Positions 12,851 through 26,706 of a DNA stretch of 64,000 nucleotides are shown here, piece by piece. The stretch's first letter is position 1. The number at the start of each line of letters is the position of its first letter. The notes under the pieces were generated by a model. The model was not told the DNA's origin. It was given only the letters and a program-made list of their open reading frames with translations, and ran no database searches. The position numbers were made by a program, and so were the translations under genes. The stretch is from Octopus vulgaris (Eukaryota), in assembly GCA_951406725.2 (NCBI GenBank), contig OX597818.1, positions 128,154,001 through 128,218,000 on the forward strand. The letters run 5' to 3'.

Positions 12851-15625
12851 CCCTTTCCTCTTAACATATTGATAATGTCTATGTCCCTGCACCCAATCTG
12901 TACCTGTGAAGCCTTCCACACAACTCATTTTTATAACCTTCATCCCTCCACCTTTTTAATGAGATATTATTTCTTCAACTGCTGCAATTTTATGAATGGA
13001 ACTGCACATACTTCATCCCTTTTGTGCTACCCTCTTCTTGGAACCACTTCTTCTGTCACTCATCCTGCGCTCCCCAATGTTGTTGTATTCCATTGAGCTC
13101 TCCTCACACATATTTTCCTGTCATTATATCCACCACTATGTCCTTCTGGCTTGCATCTCTGTTTCCCCTTCATTTTTATTCAATTCTCTATTTTGCATCT
13201 GTCTGTGGTTTTATTATACTCTTACTTGCCACCCACTCCTATTTTCCTTTACCCTAAACTGACATTAACCATTAACCATACCTCTAACCATGTTCACCAT
13301 TGACTGCATTCACCTTTACCTTCATCTCTGTCTCTCTATTTTCGCAATTCTCCGTTCCTATTTTTACTTTGGGCCCTCACACCTCACCTTGTTCATTCTT
13401 TCTCCTTTTTGCTAAGGTAGCTATATATCTTTGCAGCAAGACACCTGTTCATGTCTGTCTATCATACTTTAGCCTCTCAACACAAAGCTACCTCCCTCAG
13501 TACTGCACTTCTATTCTGTCAAATGATCTTGTGAGTTGGTGATCTCATGTGTGCCAGTGCCATAAAAATAAAGCACCCAGTACACTCCATAAAATGGTTG
13601 GCACTGAGAAAGGCATCCAGCCATAGAAACCATGTCAAAGTACATAGTGGAGCTTGACACAGTCCTCTTGCTTGTTTGATCCTGTCAAACCATCCAATCT
13701 CTGCCAGCATGAAATATGAATGTTAAAGAAGGATGATTATATACTGCGGCTGAGAACATGGGTTTTATTGTTGTCATATCTTTACCTATTTGTGTATAAT
13801 GTAAACTGATTGCTTGATGCTTGGGTTTTTGGAGATCTTACCAAGAAATTAATGATTGAAAACAAAACAAACAAAAATTAGTTTAAAAAGAATTCATATC
13901 AATAGCATTATTACAACTTAAATTTTTTAATCACATTATACAAGAGAATTATTAAAGCTTTATCTGAATTAATTAGATATGTTGATTAAATAAAATTAAT
14001 TTTTAAAAAATGCTAGAGTACTTAGTTGAATAATTGTTTGTTGTTTAGTTAGTGCTCTGGTATAAAATTTAATACCTAGCAAAATTGAATAATCTCTTTT
14101 GCCATGTTTAGCATCATATTTCTGTATGTATAGTTACTGAAATGCTTAAGAGTTTGATAAGTTTTGAGTGTAATACTCTTTATTTTTAGGCTTATTTCTT
14201 TCTATTTGTATCAGAGAGCTATTTGAAGGCTCATCTTTTCTTGTCCAAAGGAAAGGTAAGATTCCAATCAAGATAGTATTTATTTTAGCTGGACTGCCTG
14301 TACTTATTTCATTAAACCATGAGCAATGAAGGACTAAATTGACTTTGGTGATACACTAAGGGCTGAAATTTGTTACTAATAGGTATTAATCACTTGACAT
14401 TTATCTCTACTAATTAATTGTCTGCTTTTCTTTGTTAGTATACATTTGATAAGTTCATCTCATTCTATATTAATATACTTCAGAGCATCACCTCTTCTGT
14501 ACCTAGATATATAGTCTTGTGTATAAGGTGGTTTGCCAGCAAGATGGGGTTGCTGTTGTTCTGTCTATATCCTTGGTTAAAGGTCAGTCCAACATCCACT
14601 TCAGGTCAGAGCTAATGTTTTACTGCAGGTGCTACTACATTTAGAAATACACATTTTTCTAATTGGACACATTTCATTTTCATGAACTGCTACTAAGATC
14701 AGACTAGTACATTTTTTTCCCCCATTTGACTCTTTTCGTGTGACAACATTTAATTCTCCAATATTTTTAGCATTTCCATGTTTTATTAGATTGTTTTAGG
14801 CAGTCAGTTTTTTTTTTATCAGTAGAACTTTCTCTTAATTTTTGAAGTAAATTTGTTTTTTCTGAAACTAATCTCTAAGTTTCATTCAAATTCAGCTCCA
14901 TTGATTTTATTGACTTAGTTGATCCTCAGTGTTAGTATTTCTGCCTCCATATTTTAACAATTTGTTTATCTTGCATTGACCTTTAGTCTCAAACTAAGTA
15001 AGATCACATTTTAGTGCTGATTTAGTTTATTAGGCCTCCTGTTTTTCCTCTGCAAAACAGTAGAGCTTGTGTTGAATCCAAAGAAATAATTTTTCTAGAA
15101 GAATCCAATAGCTGTGTTTATGGTTCTCGACACCCTTAGTATTGATAACAATAAAAAAAAAATCAATTAATCCTGCAACAAAAAAATAGATCAAAAGGTA
15201 GAATTTTAAAAATTGAATGAATGCTTATTGTTTTGATTCAAACTTTATTTCTGCTTGCTGTCTAATGATTAAGACTCGTTTTATATTAAGTAAAGACAGT
15301 ATCCATCTATCGTCATTCGACACTGCTGCATTTTCATACTCAATACAAAATAAGATATCTATATTTTTATCTATTATTTACTATTGTAGGAAGGAATTAA
15401 TGTTAAGATATTATAATTCATAACACATTTATCACCATTCTTAGTCTCACTGCTATTACATAAGACAACATATTTGGTGTAGTTGTTATAAATTGGTTTA
15501 GTTGCTTTAAGTCTAGCTGTTTTGAGCTTAAACCCTGTCTGTCTCAACATTTATACCAGTAATATATCCCACTCCCTTACAAAATTAGTCTTATCCCAAC
15601 ACAATAAAAAAATAAAATGCATTCA

Positions 15626-15842
15626 TATCACAGAGGCATATAAGCATCTCTTATCTGTAGCTATGAAGCCCCATATGGATGGTTAAATGACACATATCAG
15701 CTTCTCTGGGATTTTACAATGTAGTGAGTAGGGTGCATATAAGTGTCTTTGGTATTTTAGGGCTATCTTTAAGCAATGCATATATGTGCTACTGAGATTT
15801 CATAGCCATAAATAAGAGATGCTAATGTGCATCTGTGGCATA
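15626..15842. mobile_element. MITE-like element with ~40-bp imperfect inverted arms
   Basis: cacagaggcatataagcatctcttat...ctatgaa versus ttcatag...ataagagatgctaatgtgcatctgtg. Confidence 0.55.
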
Positions 15843-18800
15843 GATGGTGTTAGATGTCCATAGAGATGATTAAAAGAATAGTTTTATTATAGCTGTTTTA
15901 TCAAGATGTGGAAATTGTTGCTTCATAGTTTCTTTAAGGAAAATTTTTCGACTCCCTGTCATCCTTCTGAAGAAGGAGAATTTATAAAATTAATTCCAGT
16001 AAAATGATGAGGATCAAATCTCTTGAATTATTTCTTAAAATGATAATCAAAAAGACTTGGTGCTGAGCAGAAAATTATTTGTGGTTAATTTAAACTAGAG
16101 TCACTTAGAAACAACTGTTTTTGGTTTCAAATTTTGACACAGAGCTAGCTATTTCAGGGAGAGGCTAAGTTGATTACATCAATCCCAGTGACTGACTTGT
16201 ACTCATTTTATTAATTCCAAAAGGATGAAAAGCAACGCTAACCTCAGTGGAATATAAACTCAGAACGTAACGATGGACGAAACCCTGCTAAGCATTTTGC
16301 CCAACATGCTAACGTTTCTGCTGGCTTGCTACCTTAACCATTGTTAAAATATTAGTGACTGTTTTGTATTTTCTATTACAATCTGAACAGGTTTGAACTG
16401 TTGATGTTTTATTTTAAATCAGAGAGTATGCAGTGTTATAATTCCCTTGATGTTTTTGCTGTCAGAAAATTAATTTTCTTTCCAAACACAATGACTGAAT
16501 TTAATTATGCTGGACTACTGGCTAATACAGTCAGTCATTAGCAATAGATCTTAACTATAGCTGTTATAACTTTGGACTTACCCTATAGATCTATTTTTGT
16601 TTAATGATGAAATGCAATTACTATAGTAGGATTTGAACTTGTGGTTCTCTACATCTCTAGTTCAATTCTGTTTTGGCCTTAAATGTGAAAAAGTTTGACA
16701 TGGTTGTTTTGCTTAATTGTTGCAATAAGACTGTATGGATGTGCTCTTGTAGTTTTCTGTAACAGAATTCAGTTAACATATATTGATTGGTTGATTGATA
16801 GATATTTACAGTTTGTTTTCACTGAGTACTGATGAATGGGTAAATTCATAGCTTTTACAGAAATTTTTGCAAATATATATAGTTTTGGTAGAATGTTTTG
16901 TATTGTACAAATTGACACCAAAAATGCATTTAATGTGAGAAAAACATAGGTAAGTTTAGGTAATGTTTTAATCTGGATTGCTATTACTATTATTTTTATT
17001 TTATTTAAAAAGATGTTTTGACAGCTTAACTGAAGCATACACTAAAATTATCAATTGCATTTTTAACGTTTTAAAAAAAAATTTACTCTTTGACGTTTTA
17101 TACTTGTAAATATGAATTACATGTTTTTTTTTTATTAAATATATAGTTATGCATTGGTTATTTCTCATTGATTATGAGTGCTAAGCCAAAATTTGCTTAG
17201 ATACCCTTTTTTCCTTAATTATTTCTGGTGGTGGTAGGGGGTGTATTTTTTTTCTTGTTCTAATATATATTATTAAAATAATAGTTAATATTTGTCTGTC
17301 AGGTAAAAAAAAAATTTTTTTTTATAATATAGTTTAAGTGAAGTTCTGTTTTGGGAATGTTGTTAAATCTAAGGGGAAATATTCAATCTCTAAAACTTCA
17401 TAGCTAATTGCAGCACTTTTAATGGCTCAAGAATTTTTCATGTTAGTGTTAATGAGTTAATATTTGCAAATTTTGTATATTGTACAATTTGGAGTAATTT
17501 CAATAGCTTGTAACAGAATTTGAATTGCTGACATTCTAATCAAAAGTCCCCAGCACCTTAACCTCACACCTACTTTGTCTCTAGGCTCAATATAACTATT
17601 ATGATTGTAAATCATTCTGTAAACAAGAGATAGGTGGTAATATTCTACAGTCTGTTTGTATGTGTTCATAGTTTGTTTCTTTAATTGAACTTTAATTTGT
17701 TGATATTTATATATTTAAATAGTAGTCTCTCAAGTGCAAAAAAGACAGTTCTGTAATTTTTTGTTGGACAATAGCTCACTTCCTCCATTAAATCAACATT
17801 GCCAGTATAGATGCTTGGTGTGCTACGTGTCAAATGTCAGAGATTGCAGTGCATTGTGAGATGAATTGTTTAGCTAAAGAACACAATGTACCACTTGGTC
17901 AAGAAATTGAACCTCTGATCTTTTGTAAGTGCAACACCCCAACCACTAGGCCACTTGTTGATGAAAGTTTTCTTTTTCTGTTTGTTAAATTAAAAAAAAA
18001 ATTTTCTTTAGGCTACAGCTGTTAGTTCCAGAAAAACGTGTTATTGTTTACTGTACATTTGAGCAAGGATGAAATTTTGATCTATACTACTTTCTAATTT
18101 TTTAAACTATTTACGGAGTCATAAAAATTAATTTTAGTTTATATCTTTTTCATCTGGAGATGTTCAAAGACTGCGAAGTTAAGGTGCTGGAATATTAAGT
18201 CTACCTTTTATTTAAAAGTGGTTTTTTTTTTCTTTCCTATCCCTATTAACAAGATAGATTTTTCTCTGTTTTGATTCTGCTCCTTTAGGGTTTAGAAAAC
18301 TATTATGGTTGCTTTTTCTTTGAATTCATACATGTACAGTTTGTTTTCTATGTGAAAATATAAGTGCTAGATACTTCAGTTTATGTCTCTATGTGGCTGT
18401 GTACACACATATATACACTTATCGTAGGAATAAGAATCTCTCTCTTTATTTTTTTTTTTTTAGTGTTTGGTGACTGATCTTATATTGAAATTGCTAGAAA
18501 AATAATTTCCACTTTCTCCAATGACCAAACCCCCAACCCTTCCCCTCACATATATTGAGCAACAATTTATAATTTTGAGGCCTGTAACACTTGTAAATCT
18601 GCAAGTTAAACATTTACATTGAGAACATATAAGATTAAAACTTATCAAAGATTCTTACTCAAACAAATTCCTGTTTGATATATTGGATTTTTGCAAATAT
18701 TTGTTTGTTGGGTTGAATATGGAATTTTATTGTTATTTTATTTATTCTACATTATAGTATTCTAACAGATAAATTTTTGAAGAACTTAAGTTAAATCTGT

Positions 18801-21800
18801 GTCATCAACATCTGCTGGAATTGGGGGGTGGGGGTGGATCCAAGATAAATTTCTGCTCTGACAAGGAATGACAAATGTTCATTTGTTTTTATGGCACTCT
18901 TGTTGTTTAGTACCTGCTCACATTAAAAAACAAAAAGTTTGATGTAGGGTTGGCATTTGGGATTGGAATATCAGTTCCAGTTCTCTGTTATTGATCTTAA
19001 GATTTCCACAATTAGAATTCATATTACTTGTATGATTTTTTTTCAAGTTCTTTATTTCTGTTTCTTGTTTGTTAATATTGTAGCAAGCAGCTCTCATTAC
19101 AAATCCCAAGGTTTAAATAATTTTTTTGATAAGAATTATGTAATTGTAAGATTGTCATACACTCAAGATGCATCCCTATTCTAAAAATGCTTAAGTTGAA
19201 GTCTTGCCACTGAAATAATTATTTTAATGAACTGCTTGTTCCAGGGTTGCATTGGTAAGTTGTCTAGAGTCTACAAACTAACTTGAATAAATTCTAATTG
19301 TAACCACTTGAATTTTGTTAATAGTACTCTTTTTCAAATGTTTAAACATAACATTTACATGATTTTCCCCTTACATTTAAATTCAAGACCTAATTAACAA
19401 ATCCTGATAATTATTTGAAGTTGAGTACATAGTGAGCATGTTAGAATCCATAGTGTTCAACATATATTTTCATTCTTATTTATCTTTAGTTCTCATAAGT
19501 CATTTATCCAGAGTGAATCTGCCAACATGTCTTCATATACTCAGCTGGTTAATATGGTAACTGAGTATCTGAAATGGTTTTCAATTTAATCTGTTCACCA
19601 TTAGTAATGTTAAAGCAAGTTGGTTATTATAGTTGATAACTACTTTTACGCTATCACTGACTGGCATTGCTCATGATTTTGGTAGTCTGAAAAGCTACAA
19701 AATCTGAAGCTAACTTTACAATAAATTTTTAATTTGTATTTTTATAAAAATAATTGCTTTAACATCCTTAACAATCACAATAGTTGAATAACTTGGATTA
19801 GTAACATGATCATCTGCACTGAAACTTTTCCTCATTAGTAAATCTAAGCTGCATCTAAATTACCAAATATCTTCAACATTTTCTTTTTACTGTTACTGTG
19901 ATAAATTCTGCTCTTTCAAATTTACCAACTTGTACACATATCGCATTCATTTCAATCAACCCTTACTAATACTTGAACCAAGTATCACCAAATAGTCCTT
20001 AACAAAGGCTAAGAACTCTGCTTTATTGGAGAACTAAGCTCTTACCATCAGTCTTCAATTAATATTTCATTGTCTTTAATTGCTTAGTCTACATAGCTGT
20101 GGGAATAAGTACCAACATTTCTGAAAATGTTACGTTTTGTTTAATTAAGAAGGAGAATAATCCAAATTGCACAACTAAACTCTGGCTTAATGGGTACCTA
20201 TAACTCTTGGAGATATTCATCTTTTATAATTGGAAGGCAGGGGTTGAGTTGGGGTAATAACATCACAGTCAGTTAAAAGTTGCAATTATTACATTGGTAA
20301 GAATTGGAAAGATCAAAAGTAAAATCTTGTAAGTTTAAAAAAAGGATTATTCTTGATTTGTCTGTGGTATTGTATCCTTTACACATTAAACATCTAAAAT
20401 ATTTCTAGGAGGTTATAAATGATTTGTTACTTAGTGAGTTATTAAAAAAAAAATCTCATTCATAGAATATAAGATTATAAGTTACAGTATTATTTAGTCT
20501 TTAATGTTTTCCTCTCTACTTTCTTTGCTCTTTACATAGTAATCTGCTTGTGTGAATTAGTAGGGCCAATGACAGTCAATAGTAACCAAGCATCTGCACA
20601 TATGTGCAGGCCTGGACAAGATTTATTGAAGAGGATTAGTAGTTGCCCATGCATGCAAGTCTCCCCTTTTCTCACCACTGACGTTTTTCCTGGGGAAAGG
20701 TTACTGACCTAGGCTAGTACAGATAGGGACCAGTGTTGGTGCAAGCATTGCTGTTAGAACACATACTACAAGGCACTTTGCCAACTTTCTAACAGTTCTA
20801 CCAACCTACCACCTTGGATTGCTACATTTTAAGAAATGTAGAAGAAAGAAAGTCAAAGTTAACCATTACAGGATTTGAACTCTGATGCAGACAGTCACCA
20901 CAAAATGTTCCTATTGCCTCTATTAGCATAATTTGCCACCCTGAGTTTTATATTCAAGTTTTTTTTGCCCTACAGAAATTATGTCATTGTGTCATATAAG
21001 AGCCCAATGTTAAAATGGGTTTCAAACATTAGACCAAAATTAACGAAACGATTAGATAAGCTTTATTAGATAAAATATTGTAATTTTGAAAAGTATTAGA
21101 AACACATAATTGGATATTTCTTTTACTAGAAACATGATCAATGGAAAGGGTTTTTTTTTTTTTTTTTGCAGGGATGGGGGTTGTAACATTGTTCCAAATC
21201 CATATATTTGTAGGAATTTGTTGAACCCAGCATCCCTCATGTTATGGAAACACTGCGATCCTGAAAAATCAAGGCTTACTATGGAATTGCACATTGTGAA
21301 ACATATTTCCCATTGATTTCCATGTAATATGGAAGTTAGTGAAAGAATGATTTCACATTACAAAATTATGGCAAGATTTTCAGGAACGCAAGGATTCCTT
21401 AATGCCAGAGATTTATGTACCTATTTTAAGGACCCTAAATGGATGAAAGGCTATAAGTACCTCAGTGGCACTTAAACTCAGACCACAGAATGGAGTTAAG
21501 TTTACTCTAATATTCTACATTTTCTAACATGCCAGATGGCAGTTTATTGATTACACAAAAGCCTCTCCATGGTTGCTCAGTTTGCTAGAAATAGCACGCA
21601 AATACCCACAAATTGTACTCTTACTGCCTTGTAAAAGGACAATCTTGTCTTAGATGGGATTATCACGACAAGAATTCCTTCAATCAAAAGTCAGCTCAGT
21701 CAGAGCTGATATGAAATGAAACAACTCACTGCAAAAGAAGTTTGGCTATATATTGTGTTCTATGATTTTCGTAATGATTCCCAGCATAGGCACAAAGCCA

Positions 21801-22299
21801 CAAATTAATATTTTTTTTTATCAATGACAGACAAGGTTGACCTGAATGGGATTTGAACCCAGAATGTGTAAGAATATAAAAGAGATGTAACTAAATATGT
21901 CAAGGCTCTTTGAGACTCTTCTGATTCTTTCATCCATCATCCAATCTCAGTAATTTATCAAACTAACTGCATCCATTTTTGACATGAATCTTTTTGATTT
22001 TCATGGAATTTCCCTGGCATTATATCAAATTTGACTTTTGATTTGTTTTCATCATCATTTAACGTCCGTTTTCCACGCTGGCATGGGCTGGGCAGTTTGA
22101 CGAGGAGCTGTCTAAACTTCAGTTGTCTGTTGTGGTATATTTTCTACGGCTGGATGCCCTTCCTAACGCCAACCACTTTACAGAGTGTGCTGGGTGCTTT
22201 TTACGTGCCACCAGCATGGTTGCATCTATGTAGCACTGGCATGAGTGCATTTCATGTAGCACTGGCACCTGCAAAGGACAAGCATATATGTATGGATGG

Positions 22300-22530
22300 A
22301 AGGCGGCGAGCTGGCAGAAACGTTAGCACACAGGGCGAAATGCCTAGCCGTATTTCGTCTGCCATTACGTTCTGAGTTCAAATTTCGTCGAGGTCGACTT
22401 TGCCTTTCATCCTTTCGGGGTCGATAAATTAAGTACCAGTTACGCACTGGGGGCGATGTAATTGACTTAATCCCTTTGTCTGTCCTTGTTTGTCCTCTCT
22501 GTGTTTAGCCCCTTGTGGGTAGTAAAGAAA
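22300..22530 (+). mobile_element. SINE family C
   Basis: aggcggcgagctggcagaaacgttagc...gagttcaaat...gactttgcctttcatcctttcgggg; reverse copies at ~11036-11190, 16126-16335 and 51119-51460. Confidence 0.78.
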
Positions 22531-22589
22531 GATATATGTATGGATGATAACAGTTTTACTTAGCTTGGTGCATCTTAAGTACAGCAAAT

Positions 22590-22986
22590 TGTCACAACTC
22601 CCGGTCCTTGTCATTTTCTCAGGCTCAGCATCCAGCTCCTTTCTGAGCACTTAGTCCCACATCTTCCTGGGTCTGCTCCTTCCACAGATTCCCTCTACAA
22701 TTAGAGCTTTGCACTTCTATATGCAGCTGTCCTCATGCATAAGCTTCACATGACCAAACCAGCATGTTCTTCTCTCTTGCACACAACATATGATGCCTTT
22801 TACACTCTGTCGTGTGTGCACAGTGACATTACCCATCCAGTGGTGTATGTTAGCTTCATTTCTTTCAAGCCTTTGCAAGTCCTCTATAGCCAGAGTCCAT
22901 GTTTCACTGCTATGTAGCATAGCTGTACATACACAGGCATCATACTGTCTGCCTTTTACTTTGAAAGAGAGGTCTGCTCCAGTCAA
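22590..22986 (-). mobile_element. RTE-type LINE 3' fragment
   Basis: KVKGRQYDACVCTAMLHSSETWTL...LERNE...WFGHVKLM resembles the RTE ORF C-terminus. Confidence 0.78.
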
Positions 22987-24505
22987 AGTTTTTAAGATTC
23001 AGCCATGTCAGAATTGGGTTGGTAAGAATGCTATATTTAGTTACATCTCTTTTATATTCTTACACATTCTGGGTTCAAATCCCATTCAGGTTAACCCACC
23101 AACACTGACTTATCATTTCTGGCTTCTGGTGTTAAAGAAAGAAATGTTTGTGATAGCCCAGAGCTAATTTGATTACATCCTATTTAAGTAAACCTAGCTA
23201 GTCTACTGAAATCTCAGATAAAGCTAATAACCATATGACATTTCCCCCCTTAGCATCTGTAGACTAGAGGACATTGGAATAGCTTATAAAGTGAATGTGA
23301 GGTTTTCTAGTTGGTGTTAATTTTTTTTTTTTTGTGGGGGAGGGAACAAGTTGGAGACTTGATATTACAAAAAAACTAAAATATTTTACCATTTTAATGA
23401 TAATGGTGGTGGGTTGTAGTAAATTCTTCAAATTAGGTTATTTTTACTGATATGTTTTTTAAGATATTTGTTTTATCATTCTTGGTTTTGATAATATTCT
23501 TCACTAAACTTTACATTTCATTAATTCATAAAAATAGATCATACAGTAAAAATTACTTCACTGCACACAAAGGTTATGCTAAACTATCATAGCTCCTATG
23601 GTATTAATAACTCCTTTCCTAATCATTTCTCCAGAACTATCATGCAGTACTTAACCATAATGGTTAAGGTTTTAAAGAAAGGAAGCTTGATGTTATTTAC
23701 TACTCGTTAATAAGAAAACTAATTGATTATATATCCATACTTATTTTGTCAAACCTTTGTGTGTGCGTATTCACATGAAGTTATTTCTGCTTCTTCATTT
23801 GAGCAATGTTGTTTACATTCTCAGTGAACATTACATTCTTCAGCTCTACAGTTTAGAAGTTTAGTGGGATAAAAGAAGAAAAAAATCCCTTACTTGAGAA
23901 ACCTGCAAGGGTTGGCAACGGGAAGAGTGTTGAGCCATAAAATACTTCCTGAAATAAGTATCTCTCCAATCTGTGCCAGCATAGAAAAATGAGCAAAAAG
24001 GAATTTAGTTGATTTATTCCCAGTTCCTCTTTTCTCCTTCTTGGGTAGTAGCAATATTTCTCTATTTGGACTATACATGTATGATAGAAAATTTGGAAAA
24101 AAAATTTTGCTATATGATTTACTATGACCTCTATAAATAATTTCACCTTCCAATTCAAGCATTATAAAATTTCACTTTGTATTAAACAAAGAATCTAAAT
24201 ATATTAATCCTTCAGTTCTTAGAGAAGATCATTAAATTACTGGAGCTGCTTTATTTTAGTAGCTAAGCAAAACTTACACATAATAATTATATGAATGTTC
24301 TCTTTTACTCATTGGATTACCTTACAATGAAATCCCTTGGCTTTAGTGATGTATGGAAAAAATATTATGTTAAGCAAATACCTAAGAGCTGTATCTGGTC
24401 ATTTTAAGGCTTAATAACTTGGGTTTTGAAAAGCTGCTTTGAGAAGGGCAGTGGGTGTTTAAAGTTTTACAAAGCTGCCATAAAAAATGTGTTATCACTC
24501 AGTTA

Positions 24506-24776
24506 TATCATCATCATTTAGCGTCTGTTTTCCATGCTAGCATGGGTTGGACGGTTTAACTGGGGTCTGTGAAGCCGGAAAGCTTCATTAGGCCCAGTCA
24601 GATTTGGCAGTGTTTCTACGGCTGGATGCCCTTCCTAACGCCAACCACTCCGCGAGTGTAGTGGGTGTTTTTTACGTGCCACCTGCACAGGCGCCAGACA
24701 GAGCTGGCACAACGGCCACGAACGGATGGTGCTTTTACGTGCCACCGACACGGGGCCAGACAGAGCTGGCAAACGA
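24506..24776 (-). mobile_element. (GAT)n-tailed SINE/LINE-tail repeat (family B)
   Basis: Reverse complement of ggttggcgttaggaagggcatccagc...gcatggaaa...gatgatgat. Confidence 0.85.
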
Positions 24777-24977
24777 AAGACAAGAGGGCAGACCTGTTAC
24801 TGAGTCAAGAATCTTTTCAAAGCCTGGAGTCCATGGCAAAATAAATTTAAGAGGATCTCTGGTAGTAAAATGGGGTTAACAAGCACTAGCTTAGCATAAC
24901 AAATGAAATAGTCAATTATCTAAATAGTTCTTTTTTTTTTTTTTTTTTGTTTACTATCATTAGATCAGTTTTCAATG

Positions 24978-26240
24978 TATTGGGTCATCCCATATACAAA
25001 GTGGTTTTTTAATACTTTTATGTTTCAAAATTAAGATAAACAAAGTTCCTTTTTAATCTAAAATATACTCTCCTTCATTTTCTACAATGTTCTTCCATCT
25101 ATCTTGTGGACTTGCAAGGCCCTTCTTCCAAACTTCGCTTGTCTGTGATGAAAAATACTCCTCCAGTACTGTTCTGACCTCGTCTACAGAATTCATATTT
25201 TTTTCTGTCCAAATGATTTTGATGACTTGAGGAATAAATAATTAGGTGGGGCAATGTCCAGTGAATATGGTAGTTGGGGCATCGTTTCCCATTCAAACTG
25301 CTCCAGCTTTTGGAATGTCATCTTCGCTATGTGTAGCTGAGCATTAACCTGATGGAAGAATACCTTTCATCTTGAAACCAAAGATAATCATTTTTTTCTT
25401 CTACTGCTGACTTAAACTGCTCAAGTTGCTTGAAGTAGACTCCTTTGTTATCGTTTGGTTTTGGTTAAAAAGCTCAAAGTGGACTAAACCTTATATATCC
25501 CACCAAACAGATAACAACACCTTACATAGGTGAAGATCTTCTTTAGCCTGGTGTGCCCCTGTTTCTCCTTTCCCTACCCAGTCTCTTTGGTGCTTGACAT
25601 TTTTATAGAGAACCCATTTTTCATCATCAGTCACTATTCGGTCCAAAAAAGGTTCATTTGTGAGATATGATAGCACAGAAGAGCACACATTCATTCTTTG
25701 TACATGATTAGCCTAGGAAAGTTTGTGAAGAACCCATTGACTCAATTTACTGACTTTTCCGATGGCATGCAGGTGTTGATAAATGGTTGAATGACCAAAT
25801 CTAAGCTTCTCTGCTAGTTCCTCAACAGTTTGCAGGACATCCTCGTCGAGCTCTACAGATCTTCCAGGACAAGGCTTGTCTTCAAGGCTGTAGTTTCTGG
25901 CTCAGAATTTCTGGAACCACCGTTGACACTGGCTTATGCTTATTGTCCAATCTCCATATACTGCATTAATATTCCTCACAGTTTTCGTTGCATTGTTGCC
26001 TTTATTGAACTCGTAAAGCAAAATATACCAAATATACTCCTTTGTCACTGCCATTATAGCTTTTGAAAAAATAAGTGTTAAAATTGAATTGCACTCTTCA
26101 AAACTTGCACTAAGAATAAGGACGAGGTAAAATTACTACCTGCTTTTATAGCAAGTTGATGCAGGTAGTTTATCCTGTCCCCCTCTGACTTTTAGTTCAT
26201 GGAATTGAAAAAACTACATTATTCATGGGATGACCCGATA
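24978..26240 (-). mobile_element. Full-length degenerate mariner transposon
   Basis: TA-flanked TIRs (T[T/C]GGGTCATCCCAT...), ~1.26 kb. Disrupted transposase from ATG at 26054 (MAVTKEYIWYILLYEFNKGNNA) with RIVTDDEKWVLY, KVLLSVWWD and a decayed LPH..YS motif. Confidence 0.9.
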
Positions 26241-26300
26241 TTTTCTTGTAGAGATATATATATGTATGTATGTATATATGTAGAGATATATATATGTATG

Positions 26301-26331
<31 letters not shown>

Positions 26332-26706
26332 TTTTAAGATATCACATTCTTTTTTTTCATCAGTAAAGCAATTTCTGTATTTTTTAAATATTTCCTAATC
26401 TTTTTTTTTTTTTGTTACGTCTACAAAGCCTACCTTTCAGTACTTAGGGTTTTTAAAACTTTCTTACAGGGTATCTACTTTGGTGAATTTTGGCTAAATA
26501 GTTAAAAATTAATATTTCTGTTGCAAATCTAATTAAAGACATCTGTCTTCATCAATGGTCTTTCTTAGTTTTTTTTTTTTCTATAATATATTTGAGTAAA
26601 TTTCAAAATGAGAACTTATGCATAACTTTATGTTGAAAAAAAAAAAAGACATGCAAACATTAAAAAATCTTATGTGTACTTTTCAAGCCCAATTTTTTAT
26701 TGGCAG

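Noticed and set aside
16003-16066. ATGATGA...CTGA resembling a C/D box snoRNA
   Set aside because: No terminal stem and no rRNA-complementary guide that I can recognise.
19245-19254. 10-nt micro-exon (ccag|ggttgcattg|gtaagt)
   Set aside because: It would frameshift both isoforms and has a weak pyrimidine tract; likely chance.
24604-24879. Recurrent ORFs with LDALPNANH / GWMPFLTPT throughout the window
   Set aside because: Chance translations of family B repeat copies.
26618-26706. MHNFMLKKKK... as the true SENP N-terminus
   Set aside because: The sequence is A/T-run rich and ends in a good acceptor, so it is treated as intron. An internal start (e.g. ATG 26720) from an independent transcript is not excluded.
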